A stretch of DNA of 64,000 bases from Candidatus Margulisiibacteriota bacterium (lineage in GTDB: Bacteria; Margulisbacteria; WOR-1; O2-12-FULL-45-9; XYB2-FULL-48-7), in assembly GCA_025453605.1 (NCBI GenBank), contig JALOPZ010000001.1, positions 276,986-340,985 on the forward strand. The letters are read 5' to 3'. The notes beneath the pieces were generated by a model. That model did not search any database, was not told the DNA's origin, and saw only the letters and a list, made by a program, of their open reading frames with translations. A program made the translations under genes and the position numbers. Below are positions 8,831 to 16,544 of this stretch, piece by piece (the stretch's first letter is position 1; every line of letters starts with the position of its first letter).

Positions 8831-9890
8831 AGCTAACGTCGTAGACGTTCCCGGCGTTCCAGATCAAAAAGCGGTCCACCCCGGCGTCTTTGCACGCCCT
8901 GACCTGTTCCAGAATATAGTTGGGCCCGTAATTCGGCGACTTCATGTTAAAGCCCTGGATCCAGGGAACGACCTTCGTCGCCTCGCCTGATAAGATCTCG
9001 ACTGATTTTTTTACCCCCGTCGCCATAAAGTAGTACGGTTCGGAGCCGGGATTGGCAAAACCGTCGTAGCCGCTGTGGAAGTGCGACGGGTAGAGCATCG
9101 GTGACAGGACATCGAGGTACGGGGCCATCCGCTTGAGGTCCTGCCCGAGGATCTTGATGTCATATTCACTCCGCCAGGCGGTGACGCCAAAAATATCGAC
9201 CGCCAGCGCGGTATTGTACTTCGCCACCCGCTCCCGCGCTTCCTTCAGGAACTGGCAGATGATATCGACCTTGGTCACTTCGGGTGAAGCGGAGGGATAA
9301 ACCGCGCTCAGCGCCGCCCCTTCGGCCGGGAAGCGGATATAGTCGAACTGGACCTCGTCGACCCCGGAGAGGGCGGCCGACTCGGCGATCAGGCAGTTAT
9401 AAAGCCGGGCTTCATTGATGTACGGATCGACCCATTTCCCTCCCTTGCGGTCGCGGTAAAGGACTCCTCCCGGCAGGTGAATGCCGAGGTCGGGCCGGGT
9501 CAAGACCAGGTGGTCATCTTTAAAAACGACGACTCGCGCGGTGACGATGAACCCTTCATCATGCAGTTCCTGGGTCAATTTGGCCAGCCAGGGGCTGACC
9601 AGCGCTTTGGTCTCCGGGGTCAATTTGCGTTGTTTGGCCAGTTCCAGGTACTCCCGGCTGAGGATCTCCTTGGCGTCGATCACCAGTGTGTCGATCCCCG
9701 CTTTTTTGCACTGTTCCTTGATCCGGCCGAACTTAACCGGCAGCTGGACAGTGTAAGCGGTCAGGTAGATCCCTTTGTTGGAGATCCGTTTCTGTTTGGG
9801 GAGCAGTTCGCCGACTTTAGCCTGAAAATCAAAGGAGAGACCGACAAACGCGGCCAGCAGCAAAATTACCAGTAAAACTACCCTTTTCAC
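8811..9890 (-). CDS. putative glycoside-hydrolase-like TIM-barrel protein (COG1306/DUF4015-like), secreted
   Basis: N-terminal signal/anchor MKRVVLLVILLLAAFVG. The GIYLTAYTV...GIDTLVIDAKE...VQFDYIRFP pattern is typical of this family. GTG start. Confidence 0.55.
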   Translation of the reverse strand: MKRVVLLVILLLAAFVGLSFDFQAKVGELLPKQKRISNKGIYLTAYTVQLPVKFGRIKEQCKKAGIDTLVIDAKEILSREYLELAKQRKLTPETKALVSPWLAKLTQELHDEGFIVTARVVVFKDDHLVLTRPDLGIHLPGGVLYRDRKGGKWVDPYINEARLYNCLIAESAALSGVDEVQFDYIRFPAEGAALSAVYPSASPEVTKVDIICQFLKEARERVAKYNTALAVDIFGVTAWRSEYDIKILGQDLKRMAPYLDVLSPMLYPSHFHSGYDGFANPGSEPYYFMATGVKKSVEILSGEATKVVPWIQGFNMKSPNYGPNYILEQVRACKDAGVDRFLIWNAGNVYDVSFTALSR

Positions 9891-9896
9891 TCATCT

Positions 9897-9902
9897 ATTT
9901 TA
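9897..9902 (-). promoter_or_regulatory. extended -10 (TGgTAAAAT) 6 nt upstream of the GTG start of the 8811..9890 gene; leaderless layout
   Basis: Minus-strand read: cgTGgTAAAATagatgaGTG. No Shine-Dalgarno. Confidence 0.35.
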
Positions 9903-9993
9903 CCACGGATTTCCTCTTTGTGTCCCCCTTAGTGCCTTTGTGCCGTGCCTGCCGTCAGGCAGGTCTTAGTGGTTATTCCCTTTCCGGATGAAC

Positions 9994-10028
9994 CACCAAG
10001 ACACCAAGACACGAAGAAAACACGAAGA
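9994..10028. repeat. intergenic octamer array CACCAAGA CACCAAGA CACGAAGA (aaa) CACGAAGA
   Basis: Read directly. Preceded by TTAGTGCC TTTGTGCC and the hairpin CCTGCCGTCAGGCAGG (9946-9962). Confidence 0.7.
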
Positions 10029-10043
10029 TATGGACCGGGCTCA

Positions 10044-10072
10044 TTGACGCCAAGGGTGTTTCATGGGAAAAT
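10044..10072 (+). promoter_or_regulatory. sigma-70-type promoter TTGACG-N17-GAAAAT for the response-regulator gene
   Basis: Hexamers and spacing read directly. Followed by SD AAGGAGGG and ATG 10105. Confidence 0.4.
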
Positions 10073-10104
10073 AGGGGCCGTTCGTAACCAAGGAGGGACC
10101 CAAA

Positions 10105-10578
10105 ATGGCAAAGCCTGTGGTAATGGTCGTCGATGACGAGATCGATGTCGCCAACGTGATCACCGGAGTGATCAAGGACAGCGGCAAGTACGAGGTGCTG
10201 ACCGCCTACTCCGCTCAGGAAGCGCTGGCCAACCTGGCCAAGAACAAGGTCTTTTTCGGCCTTGGCGGCAACCGGATCCGTTTTTGCTTCCTCGACATCA
10301 AGATGCCCGGGATGGACGGTCTGCAGTTTTTGGCCAAGGTCCGCAAGGATTTCGGCGAGGATATCGGCGTCTCCATGTTGACCGCCTGGGAGGACGAAGA
10401 AAAGTGGGACAAGGCGACCTCCGGCTTTGTCGTTAACTACATCAAAAAACCGTTCAAGAGCCAGGAGATCATCTCCACGCTCGACAACTTTTTCGCCGGC
10501 AAGGACGCCAAGATGGTGCTCGACACTTTTGAGAAGCACATCGAAAAACGCGAGGAGTTCAAGCGGCCGCAAAGCTGA
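10105..10578 (+). CDS. single-domain response regulator (CheY-like receiver)
   Basis: VVDDE acidic pocket, phospho-acceptor context FLDIKMPGMDG, and conserved K in YIKKPF. Confidence 0.85.
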   Translation: MAKPVVMVVDDEIDVANVITGVIKDSGKYEVLTAYSAQEALANLAKNKVFFGLGGNRIRFCFLDIKMPGMDGLQFLAKVRKDFGEDIGVSMLTAWEDEEKWDKATSGFVVNYIKKPFKSQEIISTLDNFFAGKDAKMVLDTFEKHIEKREEFKRPQS

Positions 10579-12715
10579 GGCGGAACGTCGTCCCTTTGCC
10601 CACTTCGCTCGACACCTTGATATCGCCGCCGTGCTCGCGGACGATCCGGTAAACGATCGATAACCCCAACCCCACCCCTTCGTGCCGCGTCGAGTAGAAC
10701 GGGTCGAAGATCTTTTCTCTGATCTCTTCCGGGATCCCCTTACCGGTATCGCTGACCTCCACCACCACCTGTTGATCGTCGTTAAAAGTTTTGATCGTTA
10801 AAGCCCCTTTCCCGCCCATCGCTTCCGAGGCATTCTGGATCAGGTTGACGAAGACCTCCTGCAGCTCCTCCGGATCACCCTTGACCCGGCTGATCTCCCC
10901 CAGTTCGCTCCGGACCTCGATCTGCGGCAATTCGCAGAGCGGGACGGTGGCTTCGATCAGTTCGTTCAGGTCGACCGCCGTTTCCCTCTTCTGCTTTTCC
11001 TTAGCCAGGCCGAGCATCCGCTCCACGATCCCGCCGATCCGGTCGATATGCTTGAGGAGGAGATCGCGGAAATTTTTCAGGTATTCAAGGTCGCGCTCCT
11101 GGTTGGCCAGGCGCTCGGTCTCGCCCCGGATCACGGTCAGCGGATTGCGGATCTCGTGGGTGACGCCGGCGGTCAGGGTGCCGAGCGAAGCCAATCTCTG
11201 CGACCGCTCCAGCTGTCGCTCGACCACTTCCAGGTCGGACCTGATCCTTTCGTAAGAATGCGTATGGTCCAGGGCGACCGCCGCTTGACTGGCCAATGCC
11301 TGCAGCAGGCGGAGGTCTTCTTCGGTGTAGGGGTCTTCCGACAGTTTAGGCCCAAAAACAAAGAGCGCGATCAGCCGGGCCTCCAGCAGACAGGGAACGA
11401 TCAGGGCGTGGTCCGGATCATTGGGGGTTACCCGGGGAGCGCGGGTCGTGATCAGCGTCTTGATCAGCTTGTCATCCAGACCAAAACGTTCGCCGCCCTC
11501 TTCCGGCCGATAATCCTCCCGGTGGTACACAACGTAACCGGTGGAGGCCTTGTCCGGTTCGCTGAACTGGTCGGGGAGCATGATCCGCGGCTGCGACAGC
11601 TCCATCACGTCAGCAAAGGTCTCGTACAGCACTTTCAAGATCTCCGGCAGGGAAAGTTTCTCCACCACGCGCGAGCTGGCCGCGGCCAGCGCATTGTAAT
11701 AATCATATTTGCCGTGCAGGAAGATCTTTTCCGAGGTCGTCTGCAGGAACAGGCGAAGCGGCAAATGAGCCTGGCCGACAAAGATGCCGAACAACACGGT
11801 CAAGGTGAGAAAAACGGGGTCGATGGTCGGACCGATAAAGGTTAATTGGCACCAGACGATGATCAAATAGAGCCCGCCCATGATCAGGATCGACAGCAGC
11901 TCGGCTACCGTCCGGCTGATGACGACAGAAATATCCATCAACTGGTGCTTGGTGATGGCATAGACCGTAAAGCCGACAAAAATCAGGGTGAACCAGGCGC
12001 CCATCCAGCTTAAGGCGGCAGTCACTGTCCAGGGGAGGAGCAAATTGGTCAGGGTAAAACCGGTCACCGACAGCAGGGCCCCGATCAAAAAATAGAACAT
12101 CTGCGCCCGCTCCCGCCTGGTGGCCAGTTGGAAGTTTAGCCATTGGTTGATCGCCCCGCCCAGGTTCAAGCCGAGGGCGTAAAGCGTATAGAACATATAA
12201 CCGAGGCCAAAGATCGGGGACCGCACGCCGTTCTCAAGCACTACTTCGCTGATGATCCAGCGGTGGTCATAGATCATTAACGCCAGGAAGAGCAGCATTG
12301 GCAGCATGGTCAGCCAAAAAAGAGTCGGGGTAAAATACGCGGACCGGCGAGGAAAGACCATCAGGAAGTAAAACAAACAGTAGACCATCAGCGTCCCGGG
12401 GATAAAGATGCACCAGTCCGCCCAAAAAAGCGGCATGGTCCGGGGCGCATTGATCACCAGGATCGATAACGCGTTCCAGGTCGCCAGGGAAAAAGCAAAG
12501 CAGCCGAAAGAGATGTTGACCGGTGAACGGGGATTATTGGCCAGCAGGAAATAACCGAGGTAGAGCTGGGCAATGACCAGGTAAATGCTGGAGATGACCA
12601 ATATATTCTGTTGCAGCCAGATCAGCCAGAAAGTACTGACCGCCGCGGTGGCGATCAGTGCTAACAGCGGCAGGTTAAAGGTCGATCGGCGAATGACCGG
12701 TTCGGCAGCATCCAT
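10559..12715 (-). CDS. sensor histidine kinase with N-terminal multi-TM (7TM-type) sensor and GAF-like linker
   Basis: About 300 aa of consecutive hydrophobic helices. H-box THEIRNPLTVIRGE. HATPase_c motifs NLIQNASEA, DTGKGIPEE and GVGLGLSIV. Confidence 0.85.
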   Translation of the reverse strand: MDAAEPVIRRSTFNLPLLALIATAAVSTFWLIWLQQNILVISSIYLVIAQLYLGYFLLANNPRSPVNISFGCFAFSLATWNALSILVINAPRTMPLFWADWCIFIPGTLMVYCLFYFLMVFPRRSAYFTPTLFWLTMLPMLLFLALMIYDHRWIISEVVLENGVRSPIFGLGYMFYTLYALGLNLGGAINQWLNFQLATRRERAQMFYFLIGALLSVTGFTLTNLLLPWTVTAALSWMGAWFTLIFVGFTVYAITKHQLMDISVVISRTVAELLSILIMGGLYLIIVWCQLTFIGPTIDPVFLTLTVLFGIFVGQAHLPLRLFLQTTSEKIFLHGKYDYYNALAAASSRVVEKLSLPEILKVLYETFADVMELSQPRIMLPDQFSEPDKASTGYVVYHREDYRPEEGGERFGLDDKLIKTLITTRAPRVTPNDPDHALIVPCLLEARLIALFVFGPKLSEDPYTEEDLRLLQALASQAAVALDHTHSYERIRSDLEVVERQLERSQRLASLGTLTAGVTHEIRNPLTVIRGETERLANQERDLEYLKNFRDLLLKHIDRIGGIVERMLGLAKEKQKRETAVDLNELIEATVPLCELPQIEVRSELGEISRVKGDPEELQEVFVNLIQNASEAMGGKGALTIKTFNDDQQVVVEVSDTGKGIPEEIREKIFDPFYSTRHEGVGLGLSIVYRIVREHGGDIKVSSEVGKGTTFRLSFAAA

Positions 12716-12723
12716 ACCGCCAT

Positions 12724-12729
12724 ATTATA
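12724..12729 (-). promoter_or_regulatory. -10 TATAAT 8 nt upstream of the histidine-kinase ATG (leaderless layout)
   Basis: Minus-strand read: actTATAATatggcggtATG. No SD. Confidence 0.4.
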
Positions 12730-12736
12730 GTATGGA

Positions 12737-13504
12737 TCAGTCCGGTAATCTATCGATGACGAAGGTGTAATTGGTCCCGGCGTAGGCGGCAAAGGGCGGC
12801 TGAACGGTGAACTTATATTTTCCTTCGCGCTGGATTTCGGCAATGATCCCTTCCCATTTTTCCAGCGGCCAGAAGTGCGAGCCGACTTTCAGGTCATGCT
12901 TTAATACCAGGTTAAAAGGAAGGATCAGGAGAAAATTGAAGATCGCCTTGATCAGGTGACCAGCCATCATCAGTTTAGCCGCCAGCGGCTGGTAACACTG
13001 GCGAAACTCCGCCCGTTTCTCCTGCAGATGCTCCTGGAAGATCTGCTGCGGCCGGGCCCCGGCACTCGGATTGGTCATAACAAAACGGCCGCCCGGTTTT
13101 AAGACCCGCATGATCTCCAGTAAAGTTTGTTTGGGATCGGAAACCAGATAAAGCGAATTGTTGGCCAGGACACCGCTCGCTCCGCCGGCCGGAAAGCTTA
13201 GCGTCGCTTCCATGCTGGCCAGACGGAACTCGATCTCCGCCGGGGCTTTTTTCTCCGCCCGGGTGATCGCTTCCGGCGAGTTGTCGAGGCCGATCACCTG
13301 TCCCCGGCCGTTCAATTGCTGATGGATAGCGATCGTCGAATTCCCGGTGCCGCAACCCAAGTCCAGGTAAACACCGTCCGTTTTTTTGCCGACGACCAGT
13401 TCGGCGTTCTGTTTGATCAATTTAACATAGGGGGTAGAGCGATTACGGTCGTAAACCCAAAAGTATGCCCGCCAGAACGGCCGGGTCGAACTTAAACGCT
13501 GCAT
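12737..13504 (-). CDS. class I SAM-dependent methyltransferase
   Basis: Motif I YLDLGCGTGN, post-I VIGLDNS, and LKPGGRFV. Confidence 0.8.
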   Translation of the reverse strand: MQRLSSTRPFWRAYFWVYDRNRSTPYVKLIKQNAELVVGKKTDGVYLDLGCGTGNSTIAIHQQLNGRGQVIGLDNSPEAITRAEKKAPAEIEFRLASMEATLSFPAGGASGVLANNSLYLVSDPKQTLLEIMRVLKPGGRFVMTNPSAGARPQQIFQEHLQEKRAEFRQCYQPLAAKLMMAGHLIKAIFNFLLILPFNLVLKHDLKVGSHFWPLEKWEGIIAEIQREGKYKFTVQPPFAAYAGTNYTFVIDRLPD

Positions 13505-13506
13505 CG

Positions 13507-15480
13507 TCAGTGCCTCCGCCGCCGGCCAAAAAGCCGACTAAAGAACAATTCCACTGTCACCTTCAGTCCAACCCACAGGTTCAGATAACCGACCACGTGG
13601 AGCCGGCCGTTAGGGCCCAGTTCGGCCAGGAGCCTGTCCAGCGCCTCTTCCCGCTTGCCGCCAAAAACCACGACCCCCCGCTCCTCCTCGTCAATGGCGA
13701 TCCGCCCGCCGTAAGCATCCGTTTCGAGCCCTCGTTTATCGGCTTTGCCGCCCGAAGCTTCCCGAATGACGTCGCGGTGCTCGCCGGTCAATTCGTCCCC
13801 GGCGGCCGTTCTTTTGATCGAAAGATCGGCCAGCCGCAACATGTCTTTTAACACCCGCTTGCTTTGCGTCGTGGCATAGATCGGGATCCCGTGGGTCAGC
13901 GCCCGGCCGAAGCCTTTGAACAAACCTTTGTCGAACCAGTATTTCAACAACTGGCGCCGACCGATCTCCAGCGTCAGGGCGACCTGGGTTTTATGGCCGC
14001 GGGCTTCTTTCTTGATCATCGAGCCCGGAACTTTGAGAACACTGATATCCCGGCCGGCCGATTTCAGCTCCATCAGATCGAAAGAGATCAGGCCCAGCAG
14101 ATCTTCTTCGTGCCCGGTGTTCCCTTCTAAGAGGGCGATGTAGTCGGGATGAATGGTCCTTTCCAGCGTACCGCGATCGTCCAGGGAAAGCGCCTTGATC
14201 AATTCCGCCCGGGTCTTACCGGCGGCGATACTTGTCCCCTCGTAAACCGACAGGATCATATCCCGCAGCCAGTTGACCACGCCTATTTTATCGTCCCGGA
14301 ATTTTTTTCCGGGATTCTCGAACAATCTGACCCGCTGTCCCTGGATCAATCTGGCTTCACCCCGAAAAAGGAGCCGCCGCTTATTTTCTCTGGTCAGCTC
14401 AACCGGCGCAGTCGCACTGGGGCTGGCCGGCGGCAGTGACATCAGCGGATCGGTCTCGATGGCCGGTGTCCTCTCTCTGACCCGTTCGAGCGCGCCGACC
14501 ACCTGAACACTGAAATAAAGCTGCAATAATTGCAGGACCCTGGCTGCCTCACTCGGGTCCTCCGGCAAGGGCGGCGGCAACACTTCCCCCCTCTCGTCCC
14601 TGCAGCGTCGGTTGTGCAGTTGGATCACCATCTCTTTGCCGTAAGGCGACTCCACCAATAAAAAGATCGTTTGACCAGACCCGACGGTCATGGCCCGGTC
14701 GTATTCCGCTTTATCCTGGAAATACGGCAGACCGGCTGCGGTAAAAGAGAGCGGATCGTAGATGTCGACCACATAACATTCGTTCTTTTTTCCCCGCTCG
14801 ATGACGTAACCGACGGTTGAGCTCGCCGGCTCAGGGAAACTTCCCCCCTTGTCCGGATCATAAATGCTCTCGCCGGTCGAGCGGGTGGCGTAGGTCAATT
14901 GCCATTTTCCCGGCGTTCCTTCAACCGGCCGATAAATAACAATGTTATGAAAACCGAGTTGTCTCAGTATCCCGGTAGCGTGATCGAGCGAGCGGAAGAC
15001 CTTATCCACGGTCGCATCAGCCGCTTCGCTGATCCGACGGAGATGCCGGTCTTCATTGGTCATAAAATCGATCAGGCCATCCTTGGTCGTTGAGGGCCTG
15101 GTAATGTTCCCCGCCGGACCGGCCAAACGCAGCAGAGAAAAGTCGGTCATCTTCCCGCGCAGTCCGCGCAGGTCGAGTATTCCGTCAACACAGCCGGCCG
15201 CGATCATGTCCGGCGGCAATTTGGTTAGCTCGATCGCCGGCAGCGCCTTGACGGCGTCCACCTTGAGCCGTTCAATTACTTTTCCCTGCCCTTGCAGGTC
15301 ACGGGCTATCCCCAGCACTGATTGATATTGGGCCGCAGGGTACAGACGCAATCGGTCAACGGTGATCATGCCTGCCTTGATCCCCAGCCTGGCCAGATCA
15401 CCGCTGACCGCCTTAGCGGTCCGCTGAACATGGCGGCTGCCGCCAGGATGCCAAAATAGCGTACTGATAAATAAGGACAT
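13507..15480 (-). CDS. hypothetical protein (657 aa) with a GAF-like central region
   Basis: ATG 15480 is preceded by GGAGAG; the TTG at 15504 is less likely. Its stop is 2 nt from the methyltransferase start. No motif I can name. Confidence 0.55.
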   Translation of the reverse strand: MSLFISTLFWHPGGSRHVQRTAKAVSGDLARLGIKAGMITVDRLRLYPAAQYQSVLGIARDLQGQGKVIERLKVDAVKALPAIELTKLPPDMIAAGCVDGILDLRGLRGKMTDFSLLRLAGPAGNITRPSTTKDGLIDFMTNEDRHLRRISEAADATVDKVFRSLDHATGILRQLGFHNIVIYRPVEGTPGKWQLTYATRSTGESIYDPDKGGSFPEPASSTVGYVIERGKKNECYVVDIYDPLSFTAAGLPYFQDKAEYDRAMTVGSGQTIFLLVESPYGKEMVIQLHNRRCRDERGEVLPPPLPEDPSEAARVLQLLQLYFSVQVVGALERVRERTPAIETDPLMSLPPASPSATAPVELTRENKRRLLFRGEARLIQGQRVRLFENPGKKFRDDKIGVVNWLRDMILSVYEGTSIAAGKTRAELIKALSLDDRGTLERTIHPDYIALLEGNTGHEEDLLGLISFDLMELKSAGRDISVLKVPGSMIKKEARGHKTQVALTLEIGRRQLLKYWFDKGLFKGFGRALTHGIPIYATTQSKRVLKDMLRLADLSIKRTAAGDELTGEHRDVIREASGGKADKRGLETDAYGGRIAIDEEERGVVVFGGKREEALDRLLAELGPNGRLHVVGYLNLWVGLKVTVELFFSRLFGRRRRH

Positions 15481-15494
15481 AACTCTCCGGGTAT

Positions 15495-15521
15495 TTTTCG
15501 TCAAATAATAGGGCGGATTTC
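15495..15521 (-). promoter_or_regulatory. weak sigma-28-like motif GAAA-N15-GACGAAAA
   Basis: Minus-strand read: GAAAtccgccctattatttGACGAAAA. Closely resembles the copy at 44176 (GAAA-N15-GACGATAT). Confidence 0.25.
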
Positions 15522-15557
15522 AGGGAAAATAGTGGTTTTTTGGCGGGCGAAGATCTT

Positions 15558-16544
15558 TTATTTGACCGATAATTTAACGATCCGGTGGTTGCCGGTATCG
15601 GCGATGTACAGGTTGCCGCGGCCGTCCAGATCGATCCCGCCCGGATTGTTGAATTCCCCCTGGCCGGCCCCTGCCCGACCGAACGCCAGGATATATTGGC
15701 CCGACCGGGAAAAGAGGACGATCCGATCGTTGTCGCTGTCAGCCACATAAATGAACCGGTCGTCAAGGGCGATCCCCTTCGGTTCGTTCAGCTGGCCGGC
15801 CCCTTTCCCCCGCTCGCCAAAGCCGAAAAGCGGCCGACCATCAAGGTCGAACTTCTGGACCCGGTGATTGCCGGTGTCGACGACGTAAAACGACTGGTCG
15901 CGGTCAACGGCCACGTCCAGCGGGCGGTTGAGGAAGCCGGCGCCAATGCCAAAGCCTCCCGCCGCCGCCACAAAGTTACCGCTCTGATCGAACTTCAGGA
16001 CCCGGTCATTGCCGGAGTCGGCCAGATAGAAGTTGCCCAGCACGTCCACCGCCATCCCGGCCGGGTCCTGGATGGTCCGGCCGCTGTATTCGCCGGTCGC
16101 GGTCCAGTTAAGGAAATTACCGCGAATGTCGAGCAGCTGGACCCGATCATTGTCCCGCTCGGAAACGTATAAACGGAAATTAAAGTCGACCGCCAGGCTG
16201 ACCGGTGTGTTGAACTGTCCAGGCGCGCCGCCAAAACCGCCAAATTGGTAAATGTAGCTGCCGTCCTGGTCAAAACGCTGGATCCGGTTGTTGCCGGAAT
16301 CAGCGACAAAAATGTCGCCCAGACCGGTCGAAAGATCTCCGGTCCGGCCGACTTTGACGTCCTGAGGGTGATAGAATTGCCGGTCGCCGGAGCCGGGCAA
16401 GCCGAATTCGCCGGCGTACGCTAAAGTCGGCCGCACGACCTCGGTCGTGGTCGGAATGCTCCCCATGGCCAGACAGACCGAAGCCAGGCAAACCGCGCTG
16501 ATCAGGGTCAGCATTATTTTGGTCATTTGCCTGCATTTTATCAT
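15558..16544 (-). CDS. NHL-repeat six-bladed beta-propeller protein, secreted
   Basis: Six repeats of the type ADSGNNRIQRFDQDG / ADTGNHRVQKFDLDG. Signal peptide MTKIMLTLISAVCLASVCLA. ATGA overlap with the upstream gene. Confidence 0.8.
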   Translation of the reverse strand: MIKCRQMTKIMLTLISAVCLASVCLAMGSIPTTTEVVRPTLAYAGEFGLPGSGDRQFYHPQDVKVGRTGDLSTGLGDIFVADSGNNRIQRFDQDGSYIYQFGGFGGAPGQFNTPVSLAVDFNFRLYVSERDNDRVQLLDIRGNFLNWTATGEYSGRTIQDPAGMAVDVLGNFYLADSGNDRVLKFDQSGNFVAAAGGFGIGAGFLNRPLDVAVDRDQSFYVVDTGNHRVQKFDLDGRPLFGFGERGKGAGQLNEPKGIALDDRFIYVADSDNDRIVLFSRSGQYILAFGRAGAGQGEFNNPGGIDLDGRGNLYIADTGNHRIVKLSVK

